Source: Octopus vulgaris
Taxonomy: Eukaryota
DNA: 64,000 bases
Direction of reading: 5' to 3'
NCBI GenBank assembly: GCA_951406725.2
Contig: OX597824.1
Span: 14,632,001-14,696,000, forward strand
The notes below the pieces were generated by a model, which was given only the letters and a program-made list of their open reading frames with translations, ran no database searches and was not told the origin of the DNA. The translations under genes and the position numbers were made by a program. Shown here piece by piece: positions 11,480-25,330 of this stretch; the first letter of the stretch is position 1, and each line of letters starts with the position of its first letter.

Positions 11480-12321
11480 CTGAAACGACATATGACAACA
11501 CGTAAGTACACAAAGCACACCTCTGTATAAATAATTACACATGCATACATACAAATAATTTGTAGCATTAATAATGCTTTCTAACATATAAGAGGCATAA
11601 AGCCATAAATTCCGGGGAAAAACGATCAATTACATTGATCTTACTACCCAACTGGTATTTTTTTTCTTCTTTTTTCTTAACCCAAGATTGATGAAAGTCA
11701 GCCTCAGCAGGATTTCGATGTTGTAAATTAAGGGACACGAAATACTGAAAGGTATTTTGTGCACATGCTTTACCATTTCTCAACACTTGTAATGCTATTG
11801 GCAATGATGAATACACTGGTTTCTAACTTAGGGTGAAGGTGTGTGTTTGTAGCGAGAATATCAATCAGTATAAGTAAGCTTTTAAAAAAAAGTCTTGAGG
11901 TCAATTTGTTCAACTAAAATAACTTCAAGGTGGTGTCCCAGCATGGCCACATTCAAATGACTGAAACAAGTAAAAGATAAGACATCGCACCATATAAGCT
12001 ACATTTATATTATTTACTTTATGGCACATCATTGAAAAATAGGTGTCATTGAGGTCAATAACTGAAACTAAGAGGTTCAGGCATTATAAGCCCCATCAAG
12101 TGTAATATTTTGAAGCTTGACCACAGAAAGAGCAGCCAACTGTAAAGATACTAACTTGAAAAATATGAAAATACCTAAATTTGAGGAATTCACTCAAGTT
12201 ACTGATTACTAGTGTGGGAAAAACAAAAATTATAACTTCATGGTTGGAAGGAGTCAATAATATAAAGGGAACATCATATAACACTGATATTTACAAACTA
12301 TTTAACAGATGCTAACCATTA

Positions 12322-12555
12322 AAGGCGACGAGCTGTCAGAATCGTTAGCATGCCGGGCGAAATGCTCAGCGGTATTTTGTCTGCCGTTATGTTCTGAGTT
12401 CAAATTTTGTCGAGGTCGACTTTGCCTTTCATCCTTTTGGGGTCGATTAAATAAGTACCAGTTACGCACTGGGGTCGATATAATCGACTTAATCCGTTTG
12501 TCTGTCCTTGTTTGTCCCCTCTGTGTTTAGCCCCTTGTGGGCAGTAAAGAAATAA
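12322..12555 (+). mobile_element. Family C SINE
   Basis: Monomer with TSD agatgctaaccattaaa. Confidence 0.93.
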
Positions 12556-14001
12556 GATGCTAACCATTAAATTGTCTGCTGTTATATGCAATTCTCTGGG
12601 CTACAGGGAAGATTTCTAGGCATTATGTTGACTCACTGAAATGCCAACCTATACAAGTGGAAGATTCTCAAAGGCCTTGCTCTAAGCTTTCATTTACAAT
12701 ACAGAAGAAATAAGGGGAATGAAATGTGCTGTGTCATTGCAAAAATACCATTCCTTGAAGCCCCTCAGCAACAGCTTCACATTTAAAAGCTCATGATCAT
12801 ACAACTGTCTCCGAAAATATTCATAAACTTGAGCAAATTTTTCTTGGTATTTTAAAAGGAACATAGATACTTTCTTCACATTTTCAGAAAAACCTAACAG
12901 AGAAACCAGCTCCCTGGACACACAAAGATGACGTAAAAGAAAGATCATCTAATTCTGAAGGTGGTGCTCCTGCTTGGCCTTAGCCATGATGGCTAAAACA
13001 AACTAAACTATTTAAAATATCCATTGACAGAATGTTTATTTTTATTAATATTAAATAAATTTTTTTTTAACTAATTACATTAAGTGTTTTATATATACAT
13101 AATCGTGCTTTTATACTATGGAATATATATAAAAAATATATATATATTCATGAATCTTCCAAATCTAAACATCATACATTTATCAAGAAACAATGATTAG
13201 TAATTAATTTTTAAATAATAATTAGAGCAACATAAACATTACATTGAATAAAACATATTTTCATAATATATTTCGTTTTTGGATTTGGTTTGCAAGATTC
13301 TTTATATGAGTTTGTGTGTTGAAGCATATTCTATTGTGTTTGGGGAGAGTCATTTTCATTTTGTGTCGTATTGAAAAGATTGCAAGACACAATGAAAATT
13401 TTAGGATAATAAAAATAAGAAAAACCTAGAAATTTTACGGGTGTGTTACATAATAAGACACAAAAAGAAAATGGCTCCCCCCAGACACAATAGAATATTT
13501 TTATAATATTCATCTAAATTCCAGCCTTGAGCTCTTCTAACCTGAAGTCTTTACAATACAACAGTTTAACCTACTTTCAAAAGTGAGTTCATATATTGAT
13601 TCACAAGGAATTGAGATATATTAATTAGTAAAGCAAATGAGTGAATCACAACAAAAACAGGAGAAAAGAAAAGAAAAAAAAACATCCTAAATAGTTGAGT
13701 CAGCCATAGATACTAATACAAGTCTTTGACAACTTATAATGGTAGAATGTACCATTAGTGTCAACATACAAGTCTTTAGAAAGTAAAAGGAATCTTCTTC
13801 CAAATACAGTTACTAATTAGTTCTGATAATTGGTTCTGATTCGTCAGCATAGTTAGTGAAAATGTTTTGAATAATTTACATCACTTTTAATATTAGAGAG
13901 TCCGATAAGTCAGTGTCTAGTCTTTTATATATGTTCTGTATTTCCTGGCATTGATTGAAGTTACAACTTTTTAATGGGGTGTCTGTTCAGGGTATTTATT
14001 T

Positions 14002-14290
14002 GTGGAAGCACATGGCCTAGTGGTTAGAGCAGCGGACTCACAGTCGAGGGATCGCGGGGTCAAATCTCAGACCGGGCGATGTGTGTGTTTATGAGCGAAA
14101 CACCTAAGCTCCACGCAGCTCCGGCAGAAGGTAATGGCGAACTTCTGCTGACTCTTTCGCCACAACTTTCTCTCATTCTTTCTTCCTGCATCTTGCAGCT
14201 CACCTGCGACGGACCGGCGTCCCGTCCAGGTGGGGAACCTATACGCCAAAAGAAACCGGCCCTAGTGAGCCAGGCATGGCTCGAGAAGGT
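14002..14290 (+). mobile_element. Family D tRNA-derived SINE
   Basis: tggcctagtggttagagcagcggactc head; related copies at 15930-16233 (minus), 18025-18327 (plus), 47812-48116 (minus). Confidence 0.85.
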
Positions 14291-14874
14291 ATTTATTTGG
14301 ATGCCTAAAGAAAGGATCACTTGAAACATTGGAGAAACCAAAGGAACAAATATACAAAAAGTTCTAAATCTTTTGTTTGACAAGCATCTTTGGTACTGTA
14401 CCTGTGTAAACAACCAGATATAACCACTGACTGAATGTCATTATCTATGCAGTGTATGTACACCATCTTTTATATATCTATTGACAGGATGACCTCCAAG
14501 CTTCTCAAAGGCTGCAGTCACAAAGTTGTGAAAGAAAGCATGCTTCATTCACTGAAACAAGGGCTATAAAAAAACATGTACAAAATAAATAAATTAATTA
14601 ATTAAAACAGAACAATGGCTTAGTTAAAGTTTGAAGATGTTCAAACTTCAGAGAAATCAATAAAGAAATAATAAAAATAATAATAATCATCTCTAATTTA
14701 GGATGAACAAATCTGATGTCCAACACTTCCAAGTGAACTCAAAGTAGCTGACATTTATAGTATGTTTAGCTCATCTAGTCAAAATATAGTACCCCAGGTT
14801 CACTGGAAGATTCAAGTGTACCCTATGAAATCTCAAAAATCTAAACAATTTTTTCACAGATGTTTATAATATTC

Positions 14875-15305
14875 TCTTGTGCAACCAAACGCATGCCCTC
14901 CATCAGACACCTACCATATTCTGAGCGCCTTGTTTCCCTGGGCATGGATTCACTGAAGCTCCGGCGTCTGGCGACGGACTTGGTAAACACCCACAAAGTT
15001 ATCAACCACCTCACCAACAACAACACTGAACACCTTTTTGATCTCCATGTGTCTAACACACGTGGACATGCCTACAAAGTCAGAAAACAACACAGCTCCC
15101 ATGACTTTCGGAAACATTTTTTCACGCTCAGAGTTGCTGAAGCATGGAATAAACTGCCTGCGTCAGTTGTTGACTGCCATGACACTGCATCCTTTAAGGC
15201 CCTCATGCTTTCCGAAATCCGCCGAAACTACACCTGATTATATATACACTTTAGATGAGTTGTAGTGCACCTGAGCACTGTACACAATTATTATTATTTA
15301 TTATT
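14875..15305 (+). mobile_element. CR1/L2-group LINE 3' end
   Basis: PYSERLVSLG..SLKLRRL...NTRGHAYKVRK...RKHFFTLRVAEAWNKLP ORF2 C-terminus, short UTR and (tta)n tail. Confidence 0.9.
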
Positions 15306-16556
15306 TGTTTTTTAAACAGTGCCTCCTTATTTGAACCCTGTACTAAACACTTTGCCCAATCCTTACTTCCTGGGACTGCAACTCTCTGGACTTCTGATCC
15401 AACAAAATGTTGATGTACAAATATTCAAGCCAAACATCTACTGTTTCAATTTCAAAGATTATGGGCACTATCCCTGCTCCAGCGGCTAGCTTATATATAA
15501 ACTTCAAAAAATTGATATGAAGTATAAGGCCAGTGGCAAAGAGCTGCATCTCTAATCTGGAGCAGAGCTGTAGTGAACTGAACAAGGTTTATGTATGTGG
15601 GTATTAGAATCTTCCCTTGAATTTTGATGGGTAAACCCTTCCTCTGCATTTAGAAAGAAAACATGGAATAGACGTCAGATGATGTAATTTGAAATAATGA
15701 GGAATTCAAAATGAATTTAGTAAAATAAATAGCTGTGATTATTAAAGTTTGGAACATGGCAAACAATCTTTCATAAGATCATTAAATACAAACACTTTAA
15801 AATGAATGGTTTTGTATTGTAGGGTCACGTGATATTCTACATTCTGCACAATTTTTAGCACATAGGACAGGTGTTATGAGGTCATTAGATATATTACTAT
15901 ATATTATTATTCTTTTTCTTTTCTTTTTCACGCTTTTCAAGTCTAGCCAGGCTCATAGGCCTGGTTTCCCGGTTTCTATGGTGTGCCCCCCCCCCCCACC
16001 AGCTGGACGGGACGCCAGTCCATCGCAGCGTTACTCAAGAAACAGGAAGAAAGAGTGAGAGAAAGTTGGGGCGAAAGAGTACAACAGGGGTCGCCACCAC
16101 ACCCTGCCGGAGCCTCATGGAGCTTTAGGTGTTTTCGCTCAATAAACACACACAACACCCGGTCTGGGAATCGAAACCGCTATCCTCAAACCACGAGTCT
16201 GCTGCCCTAACCACTGGACCATTGCGCCCCCACATATATTATTATTATACTATATTATTGCTATTGCAAACCAAGGAATATTAACTTCCTTTGACAGGCA
16301 TCACATCACCATTTTCATTGGAAGAACTTCAGGTTATTTTACATCTTGCACTTCAGGTATGAAGAGACTCACTACTAAACACATGCCATGTATGAAGCAT
16401 TTAGTGGAAGAAGGGAATATTTACCATTTTACAAATTTGTTACAGAAGCTGTTTAAAGTTTTCCAAAAAATATTGATGTTTTAGATTCATATTTTTTGTA
16501 AGTTAGTGAATTTATTTACAAATCTAAATACATATTTAAGTGAATTGTGATTATCG

Positions 16557-16971
16557 AGGTGCAGTAGTGGCTGTGTGGTAAGTAGCTTGTTTACCAACCA
16601 CATGGTTCCGGGTTCAGTCCCACTGCGTGGCACCTTGGGCAAGTGTCTTCTACTATAGCCCCGGGCCGACCAAAGCCTTGTGAGTGGATTTGGTAGACGG
16701 AAACTGAAAGAAGCCCGTCGTATATATGTATATATATATATATATGTGTGTGTGTGTTTGTGTATCTGTGTTTGTTCCCCCAACATAGCTTGACAACCGA
16801 TGCTGGTGTGTTTATGTCCCCGTTACTTAGCGGCTCGGCAAAAGAGACCGATAGAATAAGTACTGGGCTTACAAAAGAATAAGTCCTGGGGGTCGAGTTG
16901 CTTGATTAAAGGCGGTGCTCCAGCATGGCCGCAGTCAAATGACTGAAACAAGTAAAAGAGTAAAAAGAGTA
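16557..16971 (+). mobile_element. Family A SINE, full length
   Basis: Same structure. Confidence 0.92.
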
Positions 16972-17657
16972 TCTAATAAGAGTTGATATACTGAAAGACA
17001 AGACAACTGAAATTTTTTATTGTATATTTTTAATTTATACCTAGTTTATAGATTTGATTGCTTAGGCGGTTATTTGTTCCTAACAATGCTTGGAATCCTC
17101 TGAGCTTATCTCTTATCCGTTTATTACTGTCCCCCCCCCAATTAAATTTCAATGTGAAAAAGATTCAATTAGAACTTTTTTTTTTTTTATTTGGCATGGA
17201 TAAAGGTGAGGTTTCAAATATATATCATTGTCAATTAATTAACATCCTTTTTCCATGCTGGCATGGGTTGGACACAGTTTGACAGGAGCTGGCAAGCCAG
17301 GGAGCTGGGCCAAACTCTGTTGTCTGATGTGGCATGGGTTCTTACAGCAGGATACCCTTCCTAATGCTAACCATTTTAGAGAGAGTACGTTTAAGGAACA
17401 AAAAAATGCAATTTTTGAAATTCCGTTGAGTATTCCCTTCCTTTACCAAACATGTCAAACATAAACATTCATAAACACCACTTTAATATCTAAAAACTTT
17501 CTGATAATTACATACATCAAGAACTTATACCATGCTTCACATGCCAACACGTTCATCCTCAAATCAACAATGTGCACTAAATGTTATTTTGTTGAGCTCC
17601 CTTTTCTGCTAATTATCAGAAACTAGTAACTGCAATACTGACATATATATATATATC

Positions 17658-17993
17658 TAAAGTAAAAAGACCCCCTTCGGTCATGAGTGACCATGGGATT
17701 GCACCTAGAAAGTTACCCTCCTAGACACAAGTCCGGGCAAGGTTGTTTATGGAAGACCAGCAGTCGCCCATGCATACCAGCCTCCCCTCTCCACGCCACC
17801 AGTGTTATCCAAGGGAAAGACAAAGGTCGATACAGCTTGGCACCAGTGACGTCGCAACTCATTTCTACAGCTGAGTAAACTGGAGCAACGTGAAATAAAG
17901 TGCCTTGCTCAAGAACATAACACGCAGCCCGGTCCGGGATTCGAGCTCTCAACCTCACGATCGTAAGCTCGATGCTCTAACCACTGAGCCATA
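17658..17993 (-). mobile_element. Family E tRNA/CORE-type SINE
   Basis: tggctcagtggttagagc A box, gctcgaatcc B box, cttgagcaaggcacttta CORE-like block; TSD aatactgacatatata; decayed relative at about 59690-59935. Confidence 0.85.
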
Positions 17994-19045
17994 TATAATA
18001 CTGACATATATATATATATAATAAGTGGAGGCGCAATGGCCCAGTGGTTAGGGCTGCGGACTCACGGTCGTGGGATCGCAGTTTCGATTCTCAGACTGGG
18101 CGTTGTGAGTGTTTATTGACCAAAAACACCTAAAGCTCCACGAGGCTCCGGCAGGGGGTGGTGGCAATCCCTGCTGTACTCTTTTGCCACAACTTTCTCT
18201 CACTCTTTCTTCTGTTGGCCTGTTTGCTTAGCCAGCAGGGTGGTGTCATTTGAAGGGTAAAACAATGCGAAGTTCATTGTGACCAGCGATGTGTAGCAAC
18301 ATCTGATAGCCTGGTCGGTCACGGTCATATATATATAATTATAGCTTTTACTGAACACCATAATCACACATCATATTACAAAAGAATAACACATAACTGA
18401 AGTACCCTGGTAGATTGGTATCCAATGAATTAAAAGACTGAAGTAATTTAATTTAGGTATACAGTTACAAGGAGGTATTTTAGAAGATTGAATGCAATAT
18501 TCAATATGGTATACAAAGAGATACACTTAGGGGTAATGGATTAAATTCCCAACAAGGAGGCTTGTGGTGTAAAGACTGTGACCACAGCAACAGAATAAAT
18601 TAAGGACCACAGCTCAACAGTTGGCATAAAATTGTTTGCAAATGGAGGATTAGCAATTAGTGATAAGATAATGATTATTAATGGCAACAGGAAGTTTCCA
18701 AGACCATTTTAGAAAGCAGTTCTTGATCAGTTGTCAGAGGGGAACATTTTAGAGTAACGAAAGCAAAATTATCACAAACTATAATTAGCTTCACCAATAG
18801 GAATAAATGATCTAAGTAGAACAAGCAATATGTTAGATAGGTTGACTGTACTGCAGATAAAAAGTAATGACAGAGGTCAGAATAATATCTGCCACATACA
18901 CAACTGGCCAGGATCTTTCATTCAAGGATATACACAAAAACAAATTCACAGGACACAACATGCACCTAGGTCAGATTAACTTACATCTTAACACTCCAAA
19001 CAACTCAACAACAATGCCTAAAGTCTCAACTGGAACAGTATCATA

Positions 19046-20349
19046 TTAGGTTGTCAAGAAAGTTCTTGTGGAATTTTAAATTTTGGTTTTAAGTTATGTA
19101 TTTTCAAATTAATTTTCGTTAAATTACTTTGACTTTATATATCATTTTAAAGCCCGTTTTCTGCTCTATCTAATCGTGTTTCTCTTTGAATAATTAGGCC
19201 ATTTTTTCCAGAACATTGAATACAACATGGACAAAAAGCAAATTCGCACAATTTTCTTATTCCAGTTCAAGCTAGGCCGAAAAGTTGCTGAAAAAGCTCG
19301 CAATATCAATGATGCATTTGGCCCAGGAACCACTAATGAACATACAGTACAATAGTGGTTCAAGAAATTTCATAGCAGTGATAAGAGTCTTGAAGATGAT
19401 AAGTGTAGTGATCGGCCATTGGATGTTGACAACGATCAACTAAAAAGACTTAGTCGAAGCCAATCCACGCACAACTGTTTGAGAGTTTGCTTCTGAATTA
19501 GATGTAACGTATACGACAATTTCCAACCACTTGAAAGAGATTGGGAAAATTAAAATACTTGAGAAATAGGTGCTACACAAATTGAACGACAACCAAAAAA
19601 AAAAAAAAAAAGAAAAACGCCATTTTGAAATGTCATCTTCCCTTCATTTACGCAAAAAGAAGGGCCTGTTTCTCGACCGGATTGTGACTTGTAATGAACA
19701 GTGGATTCTTTATGGCAACCAGCAGTGCTGGTTTATGCTCAGCTCAGTGGTTGGACGCCGACGAAGCTCCACAGCACTTCCCGAAGTCAAAGTTTCACCA
19801 AAAGAAGGTCATGGTGACTGTTTGGTGGTCTGTGGCCGGTCTCATCCATCACAGCTTTTTGGATCCAAGCGAAACCATTACGGCGGAGAAGTACTGTCAG
19901 CAAATGGATGAAATGCATAAGAAACTCCGACAACAACAGCCAGCATTGGTCAATAGAAAAGGACCAATTCTTCTCCACAACACTCAGCCACACATTGCAC
20001 AACTGACCCTCCAGAAGTTGAACGAATTGGGCTACGAAACTCTGCCTCATCCGCCATACTCACCAGACCTCTCGCCGACCAACTACCACTTTTTCAAGCA
20101 TCTCGACAACTTCCTGCATGAGAAATGCTTCAAAAACCAAGACGATGCCAAATACGACTTCAACACGACCAGAACACAGGATTTTTACGCTACTGGCATA
20201 AATAGACTTGTTTTGTGTTGGCAAAAGTGTGTTGATTCTGATGGTGTTTATTTCGATTAACAAAGTTATTAACAAAGTTTTGTTTGACCCGAGATATGTG
20301 CATCTGAATTTAAAGGTTAAAAACCGCAAGAACTTCCTTGACAACCTAA
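19046..20349 (+). mobile_element. Full-length decayed mariner transposon, Hsmar1/cecropia-like
   Basis: TA target duplication both sides; TIRs ttaggttgtcaagaaagttcttg / caagaacttccttgacaacctaa; 1.3 kb length typical of mariner. Confidence 0.95.
19227..20260 (+). pseudogene. Mariner transposase pseudogene
   Basis: MDKKQIRTIFLFQFKLGRK...; FLDRIVTCNEQW; HPPYSPDLSPTNYHFF; WQKCVDSDGVYFD; interrupted by stops and frameshifts. Confidence 0.93.
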
Positions 20350-21911
20350 TACATACCATGACTAGCCATGATTTCAGAGAGATAATCCTCACATGATATT
20401 TCCTTAACATGCATTTGGTACAGATAACATCTAACCACAACAAACATGACAGACAATCCCATCTATGTTCATTGTTGACCAAATATTAAAAACGAATGTA
20501 AAAACTACTAACTCTATGCAATCACTTGTACTGCTAGTATTAGCAATTAAATATCTCAAAATAACACCCTACTATCTTAATAAAGAAAAAAGGCATGTTT
20601 GATGATAATAATAATAATAATCCTGAATATACAAAGAGATGGGATGATCATCGTTGCCAAAATCTACCTCTTCACAGTCATAAAAACGCTTCAGCATACA
20701 GTTGCTGGCATTTCACAAAGCCAAAAAAGACCCACATTGGAGTGTTTCTCTCACACCCTGCACACATTCAAAACCAAATTGATCAAAGCACATTCCACAC
20801 AAACACAAGCTTAGAAAGAAAGACACTAATTAAAACACTCACACACACACACACATAGATTATTATTTCATAAAGCAGATTTTGTAGCAAAGCCTCTCAG
20901 ATCCATAATTTCGTAGAACTCAAGAAATAAATTGTTTGTTAAAGTCTACTAAATGTGAATTTGTCTTGCATGATAATGACAGGTCACCCAAAATCAATTA
21001 TGAACTTGATGGCACAAATTTTTGTCCATTCAGACTTCATATCTGTATCAACATTCAGGTTTTGTGTTGTAATTATTCAACAGGGAGCAAGAATAGTAAC
21101 AATACTGGTTAAACAGTGTAACTTGTTTATTTTCTAATTCTTCATTGTTTAGCAGATTGTGAACAACCAGTGGTAGCTAGAGATTGTCATGACCATTGTC
21201 AAGGTGAACTAAATTAGAATGTGATAGCTTTAAATCCCAAAGATTTGGCACTCCAGCCCAATGTGTGAGTTTAGAGTCAATGTTCAGATTATTTTTAATG
21301 TATATGTTTAGTGTGTGTGTGTGTGTGTGTGTATGTGTGTGATACAGTGGGGAGGAAAGTATGAGTTTTAAGATGGCATTGTTTTAATCTTGTTTAAGAC
21401 TGGTCAAACAGCTGAAGTTAAATGGATAAGAACCAGTTATAACAATAAAACCTCACGTGAAGGTCATCTTGCATTGAAGTATTTTAGTTTCACAATATCA
21501 GTGGTTCACTACGTAGGAGGGAATAGAATTGAAAATAGCTCTGGTTTATGGAAACGAGTTGACCTCCAGGACCGCTAAGTCCATAATAATAATAATAATA
21601 ATAATAATCTAGTAGTAAATTGGTGTCAGGTTTGTTATTCATTTTTATAATGTGTCTTGAGTGTTCATTGGATTTTTATTTTTGTGGGTTATCCTGGTTT
21701 AGCATACTGTACATAATAAGGGGAAACTAAAAAGGTTGGCAACAGAAAGAGTATCCAGCCGTAAGTCACTGTCTCAGACATACCGTTCCACCCATGCCAA
21801 CAAGGAAAATAAATAATGAAACCCAAAACACTGATGATTACAATGATGAATGTTTACGTTACAATTTGATGAAATAAACAGCTTTTATTTCAATAAATTT
21901 TATAAATTTAT

Positions 21912-22074
21912 AGGTGTTGGAGTGGCTGTGTGGTAAGTCGCTTGCATACAAACCACATGGTTCCGGTTTCAGTCCCACTGCGTGGCACCTTGGGCAAGAG
22001 TCTTCTACTATAGCCTCGGGCCGACCAAAGCCTTGTGAGTGGATTTGGTAGACGGAAACTGAAAGAAGCCCATC

Positions 22075-22128
<54 letters not shown>

Positions 22129-22331
22129 GCGTGTGTGTTTGTCCCCCACAACATTGTTTGACAACTGATGCTGATTTGTTTACATCCCTGTAACTTAGCT
22201 GTTTGGCAAAAAGAGAACAATAGAATAAGTACTAGGCTTACAAAAAATAAGTCCTGGGGTCGATTTGCTCGACCAAAGGTGGTGCTCCAACATGGCCACA
22301 GTCAAATGACTGAAACAAGTAAAAGAGTAAA
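21912..22331 (+). mobile_element. Family A SINE, full length
   Basis: Same structure. Confidence 0.92.
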
Positions 22332-22715
22332 ATAATGAAGAATTTATCAAAATAACTTTATCCTTATGAAGCTGGTGCGTGGATCAAAAATTAACAAGAA
22401 ATATTGATTGAAGATTCTAATTTAGATCACTAAGACAGGGAGTTTATATTTTAGATCTAAGGGGGGTTTCAGGTGGGTTGGTATTGAAAGGTTAAATATT
22501 CTTTTAAGAATTTTTTATTTTATTTTGAGGGAATGAGGTCAGTTGATATCACTGACTCCAAGACTAAAATGGCACTTTAATTAACCCTGAAAGAATGGAA
22601 GGTAAAATTGACCTTGGTGCAATTTGAACTCAGAATGTAAAGACCCAAAAGAAAAATATTTTTTCTAATGCTCCTCCTCTCTCTAACAATTCTGCCAACT
22701 TGCTGCCCTCCTCCT

Positions 22716-23232
22716 CCTCATCATCATCACTGTTTAATGTCCATTTTCCATGTTGGCATGGGTTGGACAGTTTGACTGGGGACTGGCAAACCAGTAGGCT
22801 GTGCCAGGCTCCAATCTTGATCTGGCAGAGTTTCTACAGCTAGATGCCCTTCCTAACACCAACCATTCTGTGAGTATAGTGGGTGCCTTTTACATGCCAC
22901 CGGTATGGGAGCCAGTCAAGCGGCACTGGCATCGACCACAATTGGATGGTGCTTTTTACATGCCACCAGCAAAGGAACCAGTCTGGGAAGAGAGGGGGCT
23001 GGCATCGACCACATTTGGATAGTGCTTTTTATGTGCCACCAGCACGGGGAGCCAGTCAGGTGGCACTGGCATCGACCCATGCTTGAATGGTGCTTATTAC
23101 ATGCCACCAGTATGGGTGCCATTCAGGTGGCACTAGTATCAGCCACAACTACAACTTTCATTTTGATTTCGATCTTGATTTGATTTTAATTTTACTTGAC
23201 CCAAGAGGTCTTCTCAAGTACAGCATTTCGCC
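22716..23232 (-). mobile_element. Family B retroposon including the last ORF2 codons
   Basis: Four repeat units; 5' end reads RNAVLEKTSWVK* on the minus strand. Confidence 0.85.
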
Positions 23233-24399
23233 CGATACCAACAAAATTGATTTTGTCTCTTTTTTAACTTACTACTCTTAATTCTGGACCTACGAGAGTT
23301 TAGTACATATTCAAACTGCTAGAAATAACAGTCAAATAACCCTTAACCCTTTGCCTGCCCAAAGCATTTCCAGAAGTTTGTCTTAAAAACGTCCACGCTA
23401 ATTTTCAGACTGTTAGTTAGCCCTTGTTTCATAGGTTTCTAAGTAATACAAAGCTTCCTTTCTGTAAGCCCCAAGTTACTTTGGTGGGTGAAAATGGGGT
23501 TTAAAAAAAGACAATACACTAAATAACAAAGTCCTATACAGACTATGTCTGGAAAAAAATATCAATGGTAATAAATGGAACATTTTCAAACTCTAGATCA
23601 AGGCTGACAAGGTGGGTGGGGGAGGGACAACAATTTTTAATTCTTACATAAAAGGCTTTGGACAGTCTCTCTCTGGCAGGCTATTTGGGGGGGGGGGATT
23701 TTAAAAATAACAACCAGAAAAACAAACAAAACAACCAATTCAAGTTATTTCTACAATCAGAGATTGGACATCAGTTACAGATGATTTTTCATATTGCTGT
23801 TCAAGCTGGACATGCCAACCACATGTAAATTTCACCAGTTTGGGAAAACCTTCACTGAAAGTAGTGGTTACTACTTCACCTGTCCTAGATAATAATAATA
23901 ATAATGATAATAATATCGACTCCATACAAAGTAAAACAAAACCTCGCTTTGTGAGCAATATCCACCTCAGCAGTTCACAGGCTGATTAACAACATAGAAG
24001 ATGAAGAACATTTTGGAGAGAGAGTCTGCGGGTGTTGGTGGGGGTTTGTGGGTTCAGAAAACCTGGGCTGTGTGTAGTCAGGTAAATTATGAAAATGAGA
24101 TGAAGCGGATACAACTAGGCATCCTGCCAGTTCTATAAAAAGCATTCACTAGAACACTACATTCACAGTACAAAATACATAACAGACAGAATACAGTCAC
24201 ACAAAATACACTTTTTCCCTCTCGTTTTAATTTTTTTTTTTTTTTTTTTTGGTCATGTGAGAAGGGCTGTGTCTGTGGCCTTTGTAGGATTTCCAAAAAA
24301 CTGTATAATTCAATGTTGTTAACATTCCTCCTGAACACATGGAGTAGATGGCTACAGGAAAAGGAAAAAAAATAGCATGGAGAGAAATTCCTGAGGATC

Positions 24400-25330
24400 A
24401 ATATTCAGAGGAGCAACTAGATTTAATGGTTAATGTATAACCAAAGAGTGGTGGACATAGTATAGCTGATGAAAGAAAGAAAAATCAGTTGGAGTGAGAG
24501 CCCAAACAAAAGTGGTGCAAGACCATCCAACTCTGAAGATCACAAGCCATTGCAGTAACAGTAAAAAAGGCAGAAGAGAGGAAACAGCAGGTCTGTGGCC
24601 AGAGGTTGGAGCATGTTGGTGACTTATTCTGAATATGGTCTAGGATGTCTATGCATTTAACAGTAACACTAGTCTGCATGTGGGAGCAGTATTCCAGTGT
24701 GGGTCTCATTTGGGTTTTGTCGAAAGTAAACAGTTGTTGCTGGTTGAAATATTTTCTGGTTCTGAAAGCCAGTTTTTGAGATGCAGTTTCATCTATATTG
24801 AGGGTATGTGATCACCAAGAGATCCTGAAAGATAAGGCTGCACATTTGTAACAACCTTGAGGGTTCTGGTTGTGTACCATAATGTTTACAGTCAATAAGA
24901 TTTTCCTGGCATATGCAATAATTGTCTGCATTGTTAAAGAAATGCAAGACTATCACTTCTTTAACAGTGGCAGTATTCAAGGTCTCTGTTCATGGAGATT
25001 TTATATGAGATGTCTAGATTGCATGAGGATGATGCTGAGGTGGAGAAGGCTTAAAAGGAATGATAGGTAGTGTATCATCTGTGTAATAGTGGATGTTGTT
25101 GAAGATGACAGTATATATGCTGTTGATGTATAGGAGGAAGAGTGGGGGAGATGAAACAAAACCCTGTAGCACACCTGACTTGAGAAAAAGTGGGTCAGGG
25201 TGAGCTCCACCAACACAGACTGCAACGATGCAATCTGGCACAAAGCCATCAAGCCAAGAAATGAGAAATGGTTGAAGCCTATAGGCTGGCAGTTCTGCAT
25301 AGAGATCTTCATATTAGATATGAGCAGAAA
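24400..25330 (-). mobile_element. Decayed LINE reverse-transcriptase fragment (CR1/Jockey group)
   Basis: SGVLQGFVSSPPLFLLYIN, HYYTDDT and MRPTLEYCSH motifs in shifting frames. Confidence 0.75.

Noticed and set aside
12694-12948. 84-aa minus-strand ORF, and similar ORFs at 23740-23958 and 36278-36481
   Set aside because: No recognisable domain or convincing splice-site pair.
14002-14080. tRNA genes at SINE heads (also 17920-17993, 18025-18100, 48040-48116)
   Set aside because: A and B boxes continue into SINE bodies with tails and TSDs; no complete cloverleaf found.
15343-15585. ORF ending in a phase-0 donor (GAA|gtaagg) as UBR exon 1
   Set aside because: No UBR similarity; the plus strand resembles a decayed RTE reverse-transcriptase piece (KYKASGKELHL); 53212-53274 fits better.
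19694-20260. SETMAR orthologue or domesticated transposase
   Set aside because: No SET domain; TIRs and TA duplication intact; reading frame broken.
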